Made by a program: the position numbers and the translations under genes. The notes beneath the pieces are model-generated. The model had not been told where the DNA came from and searched no databases. It was given only the letters and a program-made list of their open reading frames with translations. Positions 49,690 through 63,555 of a DNA stretch of 64,000 nt are shown here, one piece after another; positions within the stretch are counted from its first letter, which is position 1, and each line of letters begins with the position of its first letter. Source of the stretch: Octopus bimaculoides (Eukaryota); the NCBI RefSeq assembly GCF_001194135.2, contig NC_068981.1, positions 22,264,811 through 22,328,810 of the forward strand. Reading direction: 5' to 3'.

Positions 49690-49890
49690 ACAACACTTGG
49701 GAGCTGTCAGAATCTTTAGCACATCGAACAAAATACTTAGCGGCATTTCTTCCGGCTCTATGTTCTGACTTCAAATTGTGTCGCGGTCGACTTTGCCTTT
49801 CATCCCCTTTGAAGGTCGATAAAATAAGTATCTAGTACTTTCGTACTAGGTTGGATGTAATCGGCTAGTCTCTTCCCTCAAATATTCAAA
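49690..49890 (+). mobile_element. SINE family A, diverged
   Basis: gggagctgtcagaatc..gttctgacttcaaattgtgtcgcggtcgactttgcctttcatcc..gtcgataaaataagta. Confidence 0.7.
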
Positions 49891-50860
49891 TCTTGTGCCT
49901 TTAGTAAAATGAAATAATACAATAAAACTGCTTTTAAACTTCGTAGTAGAGATGAATGTATAAAATTTGCCATTCATTTGCAACATGTCTTTCAAAGAAA
50001 ATTTGTCACAGCAATAACAGAAAATATCATTCAATAAGCTGCTAACTTAAAATTTCGCTCTTTATAGTAACTCACAATTACATTTTCCTGAAATAAGCGT
50101 CAATCTTTCGAAGATGAGGCGAGTAGCTCTAGTAATTCTAAATCTCTCACAAGATCGTTCAAACTTTCTTCTGTGGAAAGGATTGGACCAATGATCTCCT
50201 CTGCTTTGTATGCGGAATCTGGTGAAAGTCTAGGACCAACTGTTGCAACATCATCAGTATCGACTTCATTTTTAATGAAGTTTAGTCCATCTTAGGGAGG
50301 AATAGAAACAGACAGTGTTTCATCATGCTATGCAAGTCTTCACACGCAATCAAAGTTGGAGCAAAATGATTTTATGTCCGTTCTTTTAATAAAATCCTTA
50401 AATACTCTCAATGGCAGATGTCTGTCGATAAGGTGATCTTTTTGCTCTCTCGAAATCACCGGCACCGTAAAAGGTACTCGGGGTTTGTTTTTTGATTTTT
50501 TATCTTTTCAATCAGTCATGTAAACCATATAAATATATGGAACAAATTTGATGAGGTGCCCCTGTCTTGTCTTGGTCACCAGTGGAAATCAAAATACAGA
50601 TATATTACCACAGATCTTTAAAAGATCCGTTGTAATATATCTCCTAAAAAACACAGTAATGAATCAGCGCATTTATTAATGAATTTAGCGAAAGAAATAT
50701 AAAATATCTAAATGTAATCTCAAATTTTAAGGTAGGCAATGAACCAAAAATATAATGCTCATATCTCAAAAGTTATATGTGCCAGGGAAAAATCCAAAAT
50801 AGATTTAATATTAGTTTAAATACATCTAAAATAATCTTTGGAAAAATTATTTGATCTGCA
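49890..50860 (-). mobile_element. Decayed DNA transposase, probably CMC/Chapaev3-like
   Basis: Minus strand: APHQICS..L..L.D* (about 50515-50559), VPFTVPVISREQKDH, and LNDLVRDL.L..LELLAS (50139-50162). This motif order matches a widespread invertebrate transposase family that I associate with Chapaev3 from memory. Confidence 0.6.
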
Positions 50861-50924
50861 TTATCGTATTTCATTAAAGGAAAAAAAAAGGAAAGAAAAG
50901 AAAAGAAAAATCTGTTAAGAATAT

Positions 50925-51089
50925 GGTGCAGGCACGGTTGTGTGGTTAAGAAGTTCGCTTTGTAACCACGTGAATGCGGGCTCAGTCCGACTGCGCGGCA
51001 TCTTGGATGTCTCTAACTATTGCCCCGGGTTAACTAATGCCTTGTGAGTGAATTTTGCAGATGGAAACTGTGTGCTAGCTCATCGTTTA

Positions 51090-51149
<60 letters not shown>

Positions 51150-51282
51150 NNNNNNNNNNTACCGATAGATTGAATACCAAATTTGATAAAAAAAGAAGTG
51201 CTAAGATAAATTTGTTCGAGTAAATCTTTCAAGACAGTGCTCCAGCATGGCCACAGTCCACTGACTGAAACAAGTAAAAACG
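50925..51282 (+). mobile_element. SINE family B, diverged, spanning a (GT)n run and a gap
   Basis: ggtgcaggcacggttgtgtggttaagaag..gccttgtgagtgaattttgcagatggaaactg..ctccagcatggccacagtc. Confidence 0.7.
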
Positions 51283-51894
51283 TCGATAGACAGAGGAAAA
51301 TTTATTAGATCGATATACAATACTAGATAAATATTTACTTTATTGAACAGGAAAGAAAATGTAAATATAATAACAGTTTCTATTGGTGATTTCTAACATT
51401 ACATAATACAAAGTCACACACTATTGGAGGGACTACATCGATGATAATATTCGACATCCTGGAAGAACGAAAGTAAAATTCATATGAGCGGGACCTGAAC
51501 TCAGAATTCCGTCGAGATCAAATTAGTCTTTATTCTTCTGTGGTCGCACTCAAACACTGGAGTTTATTTACTTGATCATACTTCCTTTCAAAACTGGAGT
51601 CCCGACACTAATCTTATTCCCTGTCAGTTTAACTCACTGGATTGAAACAGTGAAGCCACAACAATGAAATATTCTATTTGCTTCACCAACAAATATATTT
51701 CGTTCCTTTTAATGTGAGACACAAAAATAACCATTCAACAGACGTGAAGAAACAAGCCGGTGAACAGACATAATAAGAAATAACCTATAGCAGCAAATAT
51801 AATAAATAGACCAATACATCAAATTTTAACAATTCTGGCCTGAAGATCGATGTGGCATGAAATCGACGTCGTGAAATAAACATTCAGTTTAAAT

Positions 51895-52130
51895 AGGTCT
51901 ACTGGAGTTGTGCGCTTCTTGACAAAGGATTTCCCCGAATGTGGATAGATATACGAAGACCTGTTGAATCGCCACATCGGTCACCAGACTTCACTCCAAT
52001 GAAAGTCTCTTGTTGATGTATTTACAATCAAAGAAAAAGTACTTTCAAGAAAACCATGCACTGCTGCTTAGATGACTCCATTCGTAAGAGAATCCATGCC
52101 AACAAATCGATGACAATGAAGAATTCTATG
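51895..52130 (+). mobile_element. Tc1/mariner-superfamily transposase fragment (DD37D/maT-like C-terminus)
   Basis: LDKGFPRMWIDIRRPVESPHRSPDFTPM matches FP.RWIG...WP.RSPDLTP; stops and frameshifts follow. Confidence 0.65.
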
Positions 52131-52246
52131 TCAAAGCGAGACTAGATTTTAGGAATGTGTAAATACTGAATATTAGCAATTTGAGCACTTAAAATAGTGT
52201 ACTTAAATGTAGTTTAAGATTTATATTTTATATAAACATTTATATT

Positions 52247-52650
52247 AGGAGTGGCTGTATGGTAGGTAGCTTGCTTACCAACCACATGGTTCCGGGTTCA
52301 GTCCCACTGCGTGGCACCTTGGGCAAGTGACTTCTACTATACCCTCGGGCCGACCAAAGCCTTGTGAGTGGATTTGGTAGACGAAAACTGAAAGAAGCCC
52401 GTCGTATATATATGTATATGTATATATGTATGTATGTGTGTTTGTGTGTCTGTGTTTGTCCCCCCAACATCGCTTGACAACTGATGCTGGTGTGTTTACG
52501 TCCCCGCAACTTAGCGGTTCGGCAAAAAGAGACCGATAGAATAAGTACTAGGCTTCCAAAGAATAAGTCCTGGGGTCGATTTGTTCGACTAAAGGCGGTG
52601 CTCCAGCATGGCCGCAGTCAAATGACTGAAACAAGTAAAAAAAAAAAGAG
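52247..52650 (+). mobile_element. SINE family B, near full-length
   Basis: Close homologue of 34239-34633. Confidence 0.85.
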
Positions 52651-54411
52651 TATGTATGCTAGCCTTATTGTGATTTAATAATTCTTTTACAATAATCGTA
52701 ACTTCGTAATCGTTTTTTTTCTCAGTTTTTATCTTTTACTTGTTTCAGTTGTTGAACTGAAGCCATGTGGGCGTACTGCCTCGAAGGATTTTAATCGAAC
52801 AAATCCCACTCAATACTTATTTTGTAATCAGATACTTACTCTATCGGTCTTTTTTGTTTACGGGGATGTAAACAAACCAGCACCGGCTGTCAAGCAGTGG
52901 AGGGGGACAGACATAGACACAAAGACAGACACCTATACACAAATAGGTGGTATTTCCATATTTCTCTATTTCATCATTTTCTTATTTGATTTTGTCATTT
53001 TTACCAATTAACCGCTAAATGCCTTAGGTAGAATCCACTCCTTAAATTATGTTAATATGAAGTTACTCATAGCAGCATTTCATCCGTCTTTATGTTCTAA
53101 ATTCGAATCCCGTCGGGCTCGACTTTGGTTTTATCTTTCAGTTTCTGTCTATCAAATTCCTTAACGAAGCATTAGTCGACCCGGGGCTGTAGCAGAAGAG
53201 GCTCTTTTCTCTTTGGCTGCACCTGTGCAAATTTTAAAGTTTAGTGAAAATTTTAAAATTTGGTGTATTAATGTAATTTTCCACGCAGAATCTCGGGAGA
53301 TAATTCACTTTTGCAGAAAAAAAAAAAAAAAAAAAGTTACAGAAGTTTAAAGTCTGATAATTTTTACCCAATCAGAAAACAGGATTTGGAAGCTGTTATT
53401 TTGTACGCGATAGCACGCGTTGTCAACTATAAATAAAAAGATATTAGCGGAATTCTGCTTTATGCGTGTCATATAACCCCTCATAGCTTAAAAATTTTTT
53501 TTTGAATTTTCAGAAAATTTTTGCGAATTTGTATTCTACACATGGGAATTTATACGATTATGTAAAAAAAAGTTTTCGTGCATGATTTAAGGTCTATTTA
53601 GTGGTTATTCTCAGCACGTCCCCATGCCGCATGTATTTTAAGCCTTTCATAAGCGACAAAAGGAACACTTAGTAAAAAGCTTGGCAACAACTTTGCTTGT
53701 TACTATGAAAGAAGCACCTATATGTCTGTGGCTTTCGATTGGCTAATATTACCCAAAATTTGCAAAATTTAAATGCTATTAACACTTTATTAATTGATTT
53801 ATGGCGAAAATGAATTTCAGGTCAATGATTACTTCACAAAACTACACCAATACACCTAATATGAAATCAATTGGAACAAAAATGGAAGAAATTGAAAAGT
53901 GGGAGCCAAACAGAAAAAATCCGCAGAAGATACTTGTCCGACGCGTCATGCAATAGGACTGAACCCGAAACTTTGTGGGTGGGAAGCAAATTTCTTACTA
54001 CACAACCATGCCTACACTCCTGTAAGATATCTTTTTTTTCTGTAATGAAATCTCTGCACCTAATTCTGCATTCCTCTGTATCGCTGACGGCGCTAGTTCA
54101 GTGCAAGGCCATGCATTGGCCGGGATCGCAAAGTTTAAGCTTTATGTAAACCCTAACGCACCCCATTCATTCTGTGTTCGTGATTTTACCTTCGAAGTAG
54201 TCACGTTTTTCTTCTATGTATTTCCGTAGCTAGCCTCATAGATTTGTAGCTGATGTGCAATTTTTATTAGTTTGTTAATCTGAAATCAGCAGATCAATAC
54301 TGAAATAGGGTCTTCTTTAGATTTGCAATGTGTTTCATATCTGTCTGTCTGTCTGTCTGTCTCTGTCTCTCTCTCCATTTTGGGCTAGCATCAGTCAGGT
54401 CTTTCCATATT

Positions 54412-54645
54412 TCAGCATTTTACTTGTTTCAGTCATCAGACTGTAGCCATGCTGGAGCACCGCCTTAAAGGGTTTTTTTAGTTGAAGAAATCGACTCCAG
54501 GACTTATTCGTTGAAAGCCTAGTTCTTATTCTATCAGTCTCTTTTGCTGAACCGCTAGGATACGGGGACGTAAACACACCAACACCGGTTGTCAAGCGAT
54601 TGCGGGAAGCGGACAAATACAGGCACCCAGATACACGCCCAGACA
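54412..54645 (-). mobile_element. SINE family B, 3' half
   Basis: ttacttgtttcagtcat..gccatgctggagcaccgcc..ctatcagtctcttttgctgaaccgcta..caccggttgtcaagcg. Confidence 0.75.
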
Positions 54646-54702
54646 CACACATACACACACACACACACGTATAATACATACATACATGCATGTATGTATG
54701 CA

Positions 54703-54738
<36 letters not shown>

Positions 54739-55454
54739 TAATAGTGAGGGATTATCAATTCGGGCAAAATTTTTTATAAGCTCTCTGTTGGCCCACCAGG
54801 CTTACAATATTATTTAGATTGGTGAAGAACTCCAGGTAATCTTGTGGCAGTGTCGAAGGTTATGGTTCATCACAATTCTACAATGTAACTCTGTGGATGA
54901 GCTCCATACAAACTGGTTTTTACATAGAGTGATATATAAGAAACAAGTTAAAAATAATAGTCATTACATATTTTTCCTTTATTGGACCAAATCTGGCTTA
55001 CAGTTGTTTCCAGTAGTCATTATAGGTGCATTTCTGATAGCTTTACCCAAATTGTCTATTGATATAACAAGTAGAGCACTGAAGGAATGGCTATTGTATG
55101 CGGAAGCGGGGAAATGGAAAGATGCAAGTAGAATAGAGAACAGGGGAAGACAGGTTACAAAAGGGTAGAAAGAGGCAAGGGGGTGGAGTAAGAGTCACTT
55201 AATAGAAGCAGGGGAATTGTATTGCCAAAATTTGGAAGAAGGACAGGCGTAAAACATTGGTGTTTGTACTCAGGTCAACACACATTACCATATTAGCATT
55301 GTATATAGGTTAGATATTCTCCAACCATTGTGCTTCTTACCACGCCTGCATTTCATCATTTTAAAAAATATATACCGTCATTTTTATCAATCAGCCGCCG
55401 AGTACCATTGGTAGGATCCACTCCTTAAACTGCATTAATATGAAGTTACTAAAC

Positions 55455-55680
55455 GGCAGTGAGCTGGTAAAATCGTTAGCATGCCGGTTAAAATGCTTAG
55501 CGGCATATCGTCCGTCTCTTTCTTCTCAGTTCAAATTCTACTGACATCGACTTTGCCTTTCATCCTTTCGGGGTTGATAAAATAAGTACTTGTTGAGCCC
55601 TGGGGTCGTTGTAATCGACGTACCCACTCCTCCAAGATTGCTGGTCTTGTTCCAAAAATTTGAAACCAGCATGAAGTTAC
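55455..55680 (+). mobile_element. SINE family A
   Basis: ggcagtgagctggtaaaatcgttagcatgccgg..cagttcaaattc..catcctttcggggttgataaaataagtac. Confidence 0.75.
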
Positions 55681-56194
55681 TCTATTAGCCTTCTCTAACT
55701 TATGCGATTTATTTTCCGCTATTATTTTAATGTACAAGATGGAAAGCGGGAAGAATCGCGAGAACGTCGGAAAAATGCATTGCGGCATTCACTGCAGCTC
55801 TTTACCTTCTGAGTTCAGATCCCACTAAGGTCAACTTTGCTTCTCCTCTTTCCGTGGGCTATAAAACAAAATACCTGTCTAGTACTAGGGTCGATGCTAT
55901 CGACTACTCCTTCTCTCCTCAAGATTGCTGGCCATGAACCTAAATCAGAAACCATTATCTACGTGTGTACATTTTTCTGCCAAGTATGCTAACTTCTCAC
56001 TTGTCATAGATATTTCTCTGAAAGGAAGCCATATCTTGTCTTTTGTCGTCTCGTTAACATGAAGTTTTTCGACTTCTTTTGTTCGCCATTTGTAAACAGG
56101 TGTGGTTACTGTGTCTCTTCTTCAAGAAGCTTATTCTATTCTATCTTTCTAATTTATATCCTTTCCTCTTCGTTTTTAATATTTTTCCTTAATG

Positions 56195-56410
56195 CAAGGC
56201 GGCAAGCTGGCAAAATCGTTAACACGCAATGCAAACTGTTTAGCGGCATTTCGTCTGTCTTTACGTCCTGAGTTCAAATTTCGCCGAGTCAACCTTGCCT
56301 TTCATCTTTACGGGGTCGATAAAATAAATACCAGTTGAGTGCGGGGTCAATGTGATCAACTTAGCCCCTTCCCCGAAATTTCTGGCCTTCTGCCAAAATG
56401 TAAAACCAAT
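56195..56410 (+). mobile_element. SINE family A
   Basis: ggcggcaagctggcaaaatcgttaacacgc..gagttcaaatttcgccgag..gtcgataaaataaataccagttgag. Confidence 0.75.
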
Positions 56411-57899
56411 ATTTTTCTTTAATGCATTACTGTAGGCGTTCAAACCATGGGGCTGGATGGTGCAACATTCTTCTCGGGTTCGGACAAAGCTCTATTTTGC
56501 AGGTAAATATTCCNNNNNNNNNNNNNNNNNNNNNNNNNNNNNNNNNNNNNNNNNNNNNNNNNNNNNNNNNNNNNNNNNNNNNNNNNNNNNNNNNNNNNNN
56601 NNNNNNNNNNNNNNNNNNNNNNNNNNNNNNNNNNNNNNNNNNNNNNNNNNNNNNNNNNNNNNNNNNNNNNNNNNNNNNNNNNNNNNNNNNNNNNNNNNNN
56701 NNNNNNNNNNNNNNNNNNNNNNNNNNNNNNNNNNNNNNNNNNNNNNNNNNNNNNNNNNNNNNNNNNNNNNNNNNNNNNNNNNNNNNNNNNNNNNNNNNNN
56801 NNNNNNNNNNNNNNNNNNNNNNNNNNNNNNNNNNNNNNNNNNNNNNNNNNNNNNNNNNNNNNNNNNNNNNNNNNNNNNNNNNNNNNNNNNNNNNNNNNNN
56901 NNNNNNNNNNNNNNNNNNNNNNNNNNNNNNNATTATCAACATGTTCGGCTTTAGGAAGATTAGATCTCTTCTATTCTGAGCTTCCGTTTGTGTAAGTATC
57001 AAAAATGTCATTTAGCGATCATAAGTTTTTGTAATATTTTTCTTGTACAATCTTCCAAATTTCAGAGTAATCGCATTATTAATTAGCTTGCTTAACTTTG
57101 CTGTATGATTTTGTGATTTTTCGGGTAATTTGAACAATTTTCGTATAAAATGGCTTTTCTGATTCACGGCCTCCCCATCGAAAAGTTTTCCCCGTACATC
57201 TACTTCTGTTCGTGGCCTTTTTGCTTACATTGTACTTTTCCCTTGAATTATATAATTTTGCCCGTTTATGTTGTACAATGAATATCAGTGTTTGTCCTGG
57301 CACTGGTTCTTGTTATCACCATTCCACAAGTCATCTTCATATTAAAGCTGCTTATTTTTGGCAGAATTAAACTCAACGTTTTGAGATGAGAAAATAAAAT
57401 TATTACGTTATAAAAACATATTTTTGTGATAGAGCGTGGTTGCATTTCTTATTGTGTCAAGTAACTGGAATAGTATAACTTTTGTGATTTTGTAAACAAA
57501 CACATTTATAAACAACCCGTTTACTGTTTATTGCAGTTAACTTAAAATAGACACATTACAATTCATAGGAAAGAGTTTTGCTGTGTCATAAAAAATGCTG
57601 AACATACTCAAACTTCAGCATCTACAGAATTTGATGAATTTATGGTGATATTTCAATAGATTTTGATTGAATAGATTTAGCGGAGACGAGTTGTGATATG
57701 GATGCTTGTACTGTGACAGACATTGGAGGAGTGAGCTGTAATGTGGTCAGAAACCAAAAAATCCTCCCACTTGAAAACATGCTCTTCACTGTGGAAGTTG
57801 TTGGTCTAGCAGATTCATGGTTTCCCTCTTGCTAATTTTAGCAACAAGCAAATTGTTGAACCTCTTGACCACATCTCAGAAAATTTTCACAAACGTCAA

Positions 57900-59910
57900 C
57901 ACAAATTTTCGGTTTCAATCCAGAGTTTTATAAATCATATCCATGTATTGTGTATAGCATATAAAAGAAATGAAATATACTATTTTTGCTATCTAAATTT
58001 TTCCAGAAAAATCCAAAACAGCACATGAATAGGTATTCACTTAGACAGAATTTATTGATTGCAAGCATGCTGCAGGACAAAGGAATGATGTGGTTAACAA
58101 CCGGAGGTCTCAATAATCATGTCACGTCTGCTTCTGTGTGGAGAAGCTACCAAAAACTTGAGAGAAAGAATGGAAGTGTATCTAGCAGGGGTTTGGGAGA
58201 GAAAGACGGTCTACCTCCGACGAGTCTTTCATGGGGGCAGCATTTCCGGGCCTGTTGCATAAGCCTGTATAGGCTTTGGAAGAACTCAAAGACTTCCCCA
58301 TGTATCACACACTCTTACTACGCCACAGAAAAACACCAGTGCTGTCCATGATCGATAAAGCTCATGCAAAACAAGTTTGTGAAGATAGGTACTACCTACT
58401 CGTTTGGGCCTCTATCTCACGACCAACAGCATTACAACAGATTTCCCAAAAAGAGCATAAACATGATGAACGAGGGAATGGTAATGTGGGAGAAATTTAC
58501 GGACTTGATATCGACACAAGACCCTGTCGATAGGAAGCGGTTAATGGAGTGTCTACGACATATAAAATATTCACATCATGATATTCAGAACTAATTCTTT
58601 TCTATTTTGGCATTAGTAATCAAAGATGAAATAACCCAAGCAAAGTCTAAGTTTTGTTCTTTCACATTAATTCTTGAGGCAACAAAGTATTTCGACTGCT
58701 GAACAGATCTCGCTCTTCTGAACTACATTTTTGACAATGTTATCTGAAAACTTTATTGGACATCAAGCAGCTTTTAAATTTAACGCCAAATCGCTTCTGC
58801 AATACATATTGTCGGTGTTGACGTTCAGATACATGTCGCCGATGTTATGACGGTACCTTGGTCATGACTGCAAAAATCGTTGCTATTCAAGCGAAGCTGC
58901 ATTTCATTACCCTACTTACAGTCAACGTATACAGACTCAACCTGTTAGTGGCTGACTGCATAAAAAATGCAGAGGCTGCGTTAGTATTATTTTTGCTATG
59001 CTGCAGCAACTCTACCCATTCAAGGCTCGGTTCATTGTGCAATCAAGTACTCCAGACTGTTGCAGAAAGAAAAATGTATGCAGCCACTGAAGTCAAAAAG
59101 CTTGTCCAGTATCTGTCAGCACGCATCATACTATGCTGTGCCATTTTACATTCTTATTTATTTTAGATACTTCATGGTATTTCAGTGAGGATTCCAAGTA
59201 ATCGGAGAGACAAATTAAGTCTGGAAGCCTTTGTGCTTTCCTTATCTTCTTCACTGGATATGAATTTAGCCAGCGAATTGATATCCAATTGTATTGAGGA
59301 TCTTGATTTCAAGTAAAACAAGATGGACGATGAAAGTATGTAGCATAATATCAAGCAACACTGAAATTATTAAAGACGACTAAGTAATTAGGGAGAAAAC
59401 AAAATGGTGTGGCAAATTGTAACAACATTTGGAGGATTCGATGACCAGTGAGGTTGCTGCTAAAACTCTTTGCTGATTTTTGCTGTGAGATCTTCATCCC
59501 TGCTTTGACTCGATTTTGCTCAGAGCTCCTACACCACTTATCTGTTGAAAACTATATCTTGACGAGCCTTTCTCATTTAAAATTTCTCAGAATCGATGAT
59601 CTCAAATTCACGGTAAACACATATAGACTGAATTAGAGTGACCTGAAGGTAAAGCGTTTCATCGAAGAGAAATCATGCATTTTGAACTCTCTAACGAAGT
59701 TACTTGAAATTTTGGACCCCAACAACGATGCTTTCTGCGGACTGTTCAAACTGTTCATCTGCTGTAATGCTGACAGCGAGCAGAACAGGCTGTGAAAGCA
59801 TACTGGACAATGTAGGTGCAATTATCATAGATAGACGACGTGCCAAAAATCTGGATCTTGAAGCTATTGTACTTCGTTTTGTGGCGAAATAGCGAACCAG
59901 AGAATTGCCA
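57900..59910 (+). mobile_element. Decayed hAT transposase (ZMYM1-like type)
   Basis: Frameshifted motifs in the expected order: IKDEITQAK..TAEQ.S-like, CYDGT.VMT (58843), (H)RLNLLVADCIKN.EA, EVKKL, and a C-terminal dimerisation-like LDLEAIVLRFVAK*R. Confidence 0.6.
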
Positions 59911-60291
59911 TTGCATAGTTTGTGTTACGATATCTTATAAAAGAAGCTGTCGTCTTTCATGTCTCGTTCTTTTTAAATCAGTGTATCTTAGCAGTTACAT
60001 TGGAAAGTGGAAGTACCAAAGAAGCAGGCTTTCACGTTTGACTGGAATAGTTTCAGTTTGAAGAGTCTATCCCGATCTTGTTTAATTTTGCCCTGGAGTG
60101 TTCCTGCTTATGGATCAAAAACTTAAGTTCTAAAAGAAAAAAAACACTAAAAATGTTGAAATCGATAACCCAGCCATGCACAACTCAAATACAAACTAAC
60201 GATCATACTCATATTATAGTTCAGTCTAAGCCTAGCGCTGCGCGTCTTTACAAGAAGCTCAGCGGATACCAGACGTACCTACGTTATAATA

Positions 60292-60663
60292 GTGGAGGCG
60301 CAATGACCCAGTGGTTAGGGCAGCAGACTCGCGGTTTCGATTCCCAGACCGGGCGTTGTGAGTGTTTATTGAGCGAAAACACCTAAAGCTCCACGAGACT
60401 CCGGCAGGGGATGGTGGCGAACCCAGCTGTACTCTTTCACCACAACTTTCTCTCACTCTTACTTCCTGTTTCTGTTGTGCCTGTAATTCAAAGGGTCAGC
60501 CTTGTCACATTGTGTCACGCTGAATATCCCTTAGAACTACGTTAAGAGTACACGTGTCTGTGGAGTGCTCAGCCACTTGCACGTTAATTTCACGAGCAGG
60601 CTGTTCCATTGATCGTATCAACTGGAACCCTCGACGTCGTAAGCGACGGAGTGCCAACAACAA
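60292..60663 (+). mobile_element. tRNA-derived SINE family D, full-length, 11-bp TSD
   Basis: ggaggcgcaatgacccagtggttagggcagc...gacggagtgccaacaacaa; acgttataata at 60281-60291 and 60664-60674. Confidence 0.9.
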
Positions 60664-61044
60664 ACGTTATAATAACATTCTGAGGTAGGTAGTGTAGCCC
60701 AAAGATATTCTGCTTGTCCCTAAATTCCAGGAATGACTTATTTCTAGGATTTACTAACAGTTTAAGGTATCCTACCTTATTTCTTTTAAATAATGAAAAA
60801 ATGCTAAAGCATGCTTTAGCACTTTGACTGTTTGGAGTTCAGAGGCTTATTGTAAGAGAGAAACAGGTTCACGATGCACAACAAAATTAGGTTATAAAAG
60901 TTCTTCATACGAGTACCTTTACCTATGACACACCGATAGTTTGCAGGTTCCTGGTTTAAATCCAAGAAATTATGGTAAGCTTACTAAAAAGTTACTTTGA
61001 ATTTGGATAATTATATAAACTCGTAACATTACTTGTTCAAAATA

Positions 61045-61262
61045 ATGCGGCGGACTGACAGAATCGTTTGCACGCCGGGCAAAAACACTTAGCGGCATTT
61101 CGTCCGTCTGTACGTTCTGAGTCCAAATTTCGCCGAGGTCGACTTTGCGACTTTGTCTTTCATCTTTTCGAGGTCGATAAAATAAGTACCAGTTGAGCAT
61201 AGAAGTTACTGTGATCGACTTACCCCCTTTTTGGGAACTTACTGGCCTCATGCCAAAATTTG
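61045..61262 (+). mobile_element. SINE family A
   Basis: gcggcggactgacagaatcgtttgcacgccggg..gaggtcgactttg..gtcgataaaataagtaccagttgagc. Confidence 0.8.
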
Positions 61263-61809
61263 ATGCGAACTTATGTGCTGACCCACGGTGGAAAGTACTG
61301 AAAGAGAGCTGCTTCTTCGCCTGTTAAGACATCAACTCCTGCATACGGAGGAGGAGGAGGAGTACAGCAGCGCCCTTAGCACACAAGTGGTTACCCTAGA
61401 TGCATGCATGTCTACATGTATGTATTATATTTACACTGATCCTGCCAATCTCTGATTAAAGGTATTCTCCGTGGCCTTTCGGTCATTTTCGGGTTATCTC
61501 GGACTACATTATTCAGCATATAACTAATGACGATAGAGAGTGTGATTTGTGGGAGATTAGCTGTTATTTCTAGTAGGTCTAACGGCTGCGTAACTTCCAA
61601 GTTGATTCGTGCGTATATGTGTGTTTATTACACCATTCGTATTGTTAGCTACACATAAAGATACTTACACATGCGCTCACTCACACACACACATGTACAC
61701 ACAAACTTACATGTTATATAAAATGTGTCTTGTTTAGACATGTTCTGTTTTTGTTTTATTTTTTCTCTCGTATTTTAGGACACGTATGTTCGAAATTATT
61801 TCACGCAGG

Positions 61810-62300
61810 CGTTACATTTCTTTCTTCTCACTATCTATCCCTTTCTTTCACCTCTTCTTTCAGCCTCTTACTCACTCTCTTTTCACTCCTATATCTCTTT
61901 TTACTCACAATCTCTCTGTTTAGCCCTTTACTCTCTCTTCACTTCTTTCTTATTTTTCCTCTCACCGTTCACGCCGTGTAGCCTATTACTCACTCTCTTT
62001 CCACTCCTACATCTTTTCTCTCTCTTTCACTCTCTTTCTTTTCCTACTCTATCTCTCCGTTTAACTTTTCACTCTTTCTCTCTCTCACACCAGTCTTCTA
62101 ACTTTCTCTACCTCACTCTACTTCCCACACACTTTCGTAACTCACCCATTCTTTCTCCTTCACACTATCTCCTTCCCGCCCATTTACTGTCTTCTCCCTC
62201 TAACCTCATACACATACTCTCTCTTTCTTTTTCTCTTTATTACGTCTTACCCATTCTCACCTTTCCTCTCTTCTCTCTCTTCCCCTCTCTCTCTTATCAG
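61810..62300. repeat. Low-complexity pyrimidine-rich (CT-rich) tract
   Basis: Direct reading. Confidence 0.85.
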
Positions 62301-62447
62301 ATGTAAGTTTATTGCTGTCTTTATTAACGGTGACGAAACTTAAAAACTTTCGCTTTCTTTTTGGTTTCCAATTAATTATGTTTTCGGTTTTCTGGCCGTC
62401 TTTTAGTCATTCTCTTATGTTCCTTCATCTCTTTTCCTTTCATGTAC

Positions 62448-62450
<3 letters not shown>

Positions 62451-62523
<73 letters not shown>

Positions 62524-62592
62524 CTTACGTACGTGCCTACCTACCTATCTGCCTGCATACCTACCTACCTACCTACCTACCTATCTGCCTGC

Positions 62593-62646
<54 letters not shown>
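62451..62646. repeat. (CTAT)n/(CTAC)n compound tetranucleotide array
   Basis: Direct reading. Confidence 0.95.
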
Positions 62647-62647
<1 letters not shown>

Positions 62648-63555
62648 ACCGTTCTCATTTTTGCATTCATTAAAAACAAATCAGTGAAGTATTTCAAACA
62701 TTTTTTTACATCATGTGTATTTTTTCCTCTATCTTTATAATTGTAAAGATTTTATATATTAGAATATATAAATAAACATCATGACACCAGCAGCATATGC
62801 CTCTACGTGGTTGCTCGACTTGCTAGAAATAGCAGCTATATCTTCCAATCACCCACAATCATATCAAATAAAGAAAGAACATCCACTATAATAAAAAAGC
62901 TGTCAATTAGTTGAATTTGTGTTACTTTTACAAAAAGAAAGAAATTATTAAAGTCTAGAATGTCTGGTAAATTCTTATAAAGTCCAATTTTGATAATTTT
63001 TTAAAATCAAGATGCGAATTTCAAATTTCTTTTATTATGAAGATTCAAGTACTCGCTTCAATCGCAAAATAGTTTTTATTCACTGCAACATACTCACACA
63101 CTCTCTCTCTCCCTCTTTTTCTCTCAGCCGCTTGTATTAACTAACATAGTTCTAAATACTTATCTCTAAAATGACAGGATGATCACAGTTGGAATAGCTT
63201 TAATAACCCAACTTTTTTTCAGGATTGACCTGAGACTTAGAACAAATTTTATTATTTTCCTACGTGCATGCCATGTCAGGGAGATGGAGAAAACATTTAG
63301 GGGAGTAAGAGATGAGATGTAATAATATATGGGAAATACTAGAATATTGAAGAAAGAGGAATCATTAAAGTATAAAAGCCAAATTTTGACTGAGCCAAAG
63401 AGGGGAACACATGCAGTTGTTTAGCTGCTCCAGATGATAGCCAAACCCCACTCAGATCACAAAACCAATAACAAGTACCAGTAATTTAATTGTGAGTTCC
63501 AATAATTAAATATCAGTAAATTTTTTCTCCTTCTCATTTTTCCTATGCTTTTCTC

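Noticed and set aside
51836-51875. CTGAAGA-TCGAT..ATCGA-CGTC
   Set aside because: GAAA is absent; at most a very decayed relative.
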